This document shows, piece by piece, positions 60,912 to 64,000 of a stretch of DNA of 64,000 bases (within the stretch, counting starts at the first letter, position 1; every line of letters begins with the position of its first letter). The notes under the pieces were generated by a model. It saw only the letters and a list, made by a program, of their open reading frames with translations, ran no database searches and was not told where the DNA came from. The position numbers and the translations under genes were made by a program. The stretch is taken from assembly GCA_026770705.1 (NCBI GenBank), contig JANJGN010000027.1, forward strand, positions 18,104,001 through 18,168,000. Direction: 5' to 3'. Source of the DNA: Isurus oxyrinchus (taxonomy: Eukaryota).

Positions 60912-62464
60912 TTAGACAGCCTTGAGGCTTGACAGCTCTTCCACATCTCGGTCTGTCACGTTTTGAGGAATGGTAGTAGTACTTTGTTTCTGGTACTTGG
61001 GTATCTCCATTTGATTCTCTTTTATGCTCCTTAGAGTTGCATTTCTCTTTATTAACAAGTCATCTGCTTTTCTCAAACACTGTGGGTTTGTCCTGTTCCT
61101 TCCATACATTCTGTTCATTCCTAGAGTGAACTTGAATTTTCTTTTCCATGACGTTCTTGGTGGATGTATACATTTCACAAATGGAACCTTTATTTCCACT
61201 TGTTTCATAATTTTGGCCAAATACTTTTTTGCTGTTTTATTTTCAAATTGTTTTGTAAGCTTATGTATCTTTTAATTTGGCTCAGTGGTTCTTAGTACGT
61301 CTGAGACATCCAGTGCTCGCTGTTCTAGTTCCTTGCACTTCAGTGTTGGATTTACATTTTCCAATCTCATTTCTTTTTCTGTCTGCAACAGAATTTTGTC
61401 CTTGTGCTTTGTTTTCTTTTCACTGTTGGCCAGGTCTGTATCTGGCAAGGTCTTAACTTGTTTAAGTTCTGGAATTGTGCAATTCGTGACTTCATTGTCT
61501 GCCTGCAGTTTGGAAAGTTCCCCAGCTTTTGCTTTCAATGTCTCCTCTTTTCCATTCAACTGCTTCTGTTTCTTGTAGCTATTGGTTTCCTCCTGAAATA
61601 TAGAACATGGCTGAGTCTTTTCTGCCTACTGTTCTTCAGTTTGTTCAGAGTGATGTTAAATTAATTTCCCTTCTCTTCATAATTTTCCAGAGGAATAAAC
61701 TTTGTCCTAAGGAATTCTTGTAGCATGTGAAGTTCTGTCAACAGGTTTTCCTTTTCTTTGTGGAGCTCACTTGCTTCATCTTGTGATTTCCTGCAATCTA
61801 GCATCGTCTGCTCAAGTTTCTTCTGCTGTGCTTCAATTCTGCCATTTGAGACGATCTTCATTTCTTCATGTTGCTGAATGGTCATGCATTATTTTTGTAT
61901 TTGATCTTGAAGGACAATCATCTGTTCTTTCAACAGCTTCTTTTCTTGTTGGTCTTTTGCCAACTTTCCCTGGGCTTCTGTGCATCATTTTGTTGCTACT
62001 GATAATTCCAACGCAGTTTTTTCAAAGTAATATTCAACATCCTTATTAGTTCATGTTTTTCAATGGCTACTACTTACTGATTCTTCAAGGAGTCTTTCAG
62101 GGTCACAACTTCTTTGCATGCCTCTTTTTGCCTGGTTATACATCTGATTGCATTTTCCCAACTCCTGTTTTGATTTGCAACTGTGAAATTGAGGGTTGTT
62201 TTTCCTCCAGATACCTTTGTGTCATCTCTGAAATTTGTTTGTTCAGATCTCAAACAGCTTGGTTCATTGAAGACTTCAGTTTATCTTTTTTTTGAAAGGT
62301 ATATACTCAGCTTGAATCTTGCACTTCAGATCTTCCAGTTCAGTTCTGATGTGAGCATTTTCATGTAGATCAGTTTCATTTACTTTTTGCACATTTTGCT
62401 TCTTTTGAGTTATCTTTGAAAGCTTTTCTTCATTCACAGCCATCTGCTCACTCATCACTATCAC
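60912..62464 (-). pseudogene. Decayed coiled-coil reading frame resembling the C-terminal coiled-coil region of UACA/RAI14/ANKRD24-family proteins
   Basis: Collinear peptides KIQAEYIPFK, DLNKQISEMTQRYLEEK, CRKSQDEASELHKEKENLLTELHMLQEFLRTKFIPLENYEE, KEETLKAKAGELSKLQAD and KQSTTTI resemble, in the same order, human UACA segments as I recall them (EMKNHYVPLK, DLNRKLLDVTQKYTEKK, YRKGQEEIVTLHAEIKAQKKELDTIQECIKVKYAPIVSFEE, KEEESQNKMEEVSKLQSE, DKSLTTI). Several stops and frameshifts. Confidence 0.72.
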
Positions 62465-63420
62465 CTGTCCTCACTCTGGAATCTTTTGTTGCCCTCCCTC
62501 TGGGGTCATTTGTTGCCCTCGGTGCTTTACTGGGAGTTGTCCTCTGGGGTTTCTTGTTGCTGCCCATGACCATTTGTTTTATCTTGGCGTTATAGCTTTA
62601 AATTTAAGACTGTTAGTGAGATAATTGTTCTTTTCACTTGGGCTGTCTGCAGTTGTCAGCTTTCTGTGCTGTTAGTTTCCTGTGCTTTTTTGTGTTTTAG
62701 TGGGTTCTCCAGTGATGTCACCCCTGTTTTTGAACTTCTAAACTCTCAAGGTAGGAGTATTGCTTTTCTCTGTAATTATTTCTTTTTTTCCTTCTCTGGA
62801 GTATCGGTGGGCTCATGGTCTGATTAGGGCCCCCTTTTCTTAAACTTAAAGTGACAACACTTTTCTCCTTTGCACTGCCTGCACTGTTTTTTTTTCAGGT
62901 AACTTTCTTTATTTTTCTCAGCGGATTCTTCTTTACTCTTGTTTCTTCTTAAACTTTTGACTCTGCCAGCCGCTTTTGTTTTTAACTTCAGGTGCAGCGG
63001 CCACCACTGTTACAATCAGCTGAGTCCTGGGACTGCCACCTATTTTATAATGTAAGTATAGTTTCCTTATAATTTTTGCTCACCGTCTCATGAACAGGTT
63101 CCTTAATTCTGCATCACTCAGGATCTTACAATTTTTGTACTTTTGCTCACTCTCCTCTGTGATCTGACTAGGTTTTTTTTCCCCTTTTTACTCTGCATCA
63201 CTTGGGGGTCTTACAATAAACTTTCACTCAATCTGGTGAATTTCTCACCTTCTAAGGCTGTAGCCAAGCTTCTGCATTTGTTTCTTCAAGTTTTTTTCTT
63301 AGATGCGTGTCTTTCTAGTTCAGCTTCAGCTGCTTTTCTAGTGTTTCATACCTTGGGATACCCTTCCATTTAAAATGCTGCTGCCTTTCTGATCACACTG
63401 TTGTGATATCTTTTAGGAGC

Positions 63421-63438
63421 TACCACCACTGCCAACCA
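63421..63438 (-). promoter_or_regulatory. Primer-binding site, tRNA-Leu type
   Basis: Minus strand ..TACAACA|TGGTTGGCAGTGGTGGTA versus the expected TGGTGGCAGCGGTGGGA (one extra T, two substitutions). Confidence 0.75.
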
Positions 63439-63732
63439 TGTTGTAAAATGGGCTATTCAGCTGTCTCAATGATAAGATCTTGAGACTTGTATATTTAAAC
63501 ATAAACCTTTTATCGTTAATCTTCAACTATTGACAGATCCTGGGTTACTGTCATGCATGGTGCTGTTAAGTCCATGCAGGCTGGCTGCAGAGTGTTCTTT
63601 CTAGACTGTTCTGAGTCAATTACCATGTAACTCTGTGCATCATACCGTGGGTGGTGCTATTCTCCAGTCCCACATTAACCCTTTCTCTGTTGAGCATCTT
63701 TACGTTACAATAGCATGTAGGCACATACAACA
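63439..63732 (-). repeat. 5' LTR
   Basis: Perfect 7-bp terminal inverted repeat TGTTGTA...TACAACA; direct repeat of 60493-60798. Confidence 0.9.
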
Positions 63733-64000
63733 TCATACAACACTTATGTAGTTGTGACAGAAGTGGTGGGTAGTATATTCCACCATTTTCTACTGACTAA
63801 GCTAGCAATGGGATAACTGCACCTGGGAGGAGACAAATGAGGAAGGGAAAGGCTGAGGAAAGGAATGGAGAGGGTAAGCAGGAGAGGATAAGTGTGGCTC
63901 AGTGGGTAGTACTCTTGCCTCTGAGAAAGGGAAGGGAGAGGAAGAGAGAAGTGATGGTGAAAAGGCAAAAGAGGGAGGAAGAGGAGGGCGGATCAGGTGG

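Larger units (their letters stand above)
60493..63732 (-). mobile_element. Non-autonomous LTR retroelement carrying a host-like coiled-coil sequence
   Basis: Two diverged direct repeats of about 300 bp, with PBS and PPT correctly placed for minus orientation; the 2.6-kb interior has no recognisable PR/RT/RH/IN motifs. Confidence 0.88.

Noticed and set aside
60912-62464. Coiled-coil ORFs read as a functional host exon
   Set aside because: Multiple stops and frameshifts, and enclosed by LTR/PBS/PPT.
60487-63747. Target-site duplication for the cargo LTR element
   Set aside because: Left flank (ggaaat) and right flank (tcata, or cttat after a 10-bp duplication) do not match, and the left terminus is mutated; no TSD claimed.

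Overview
Eukaryotic, repeat-rich, gene-poor DNA, most likely an intron or intergenic region of a cartilaginous fish (shark/ray). This is inferred from CR1 LINEs with HER1-type tails, a Deu-domain SINE and abundant Penelope-like repeats. No host exon could be identified with confidence. The window is a mosaic of decayed CR1-clade LINEs of two kinds: an esterase-ORF1 type, and an ORF1-less type with a tRNA-like head. It also holds two Gypsy LTR remnants, a solo LTR, a two-gene Harbinger remnant, SINEs, and a young 5'-truncated Penelope-like element with an intact RT/GIY-YIG ORF and several TSD-flanked terminal derivatives. Four observations stand out. (1) A non-autonomous LTR element at 60.5-63.7 kb has two LTRs, a tRNA-Leu-type PBS and a PPT, and its interior carries a decayed host UACA/RAI14/ANKRD24-type coiled-coil reading frame instead of gag-pol. 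(2) Minimal hammerhead-ribozyme motifs sit in the Penelope terminal repeats, including a CUGUCGA core variant shared by two copies. (3) A LINE has a Pol III A/B-box head and no ORF1, and SINE-sized head+tail derivatives of it are present. (4) Inverted RT segments occur inside two LINE copies. All similarity calls were made by eye or from memory and need database confirmation; boundaries without TSDs are approximate.
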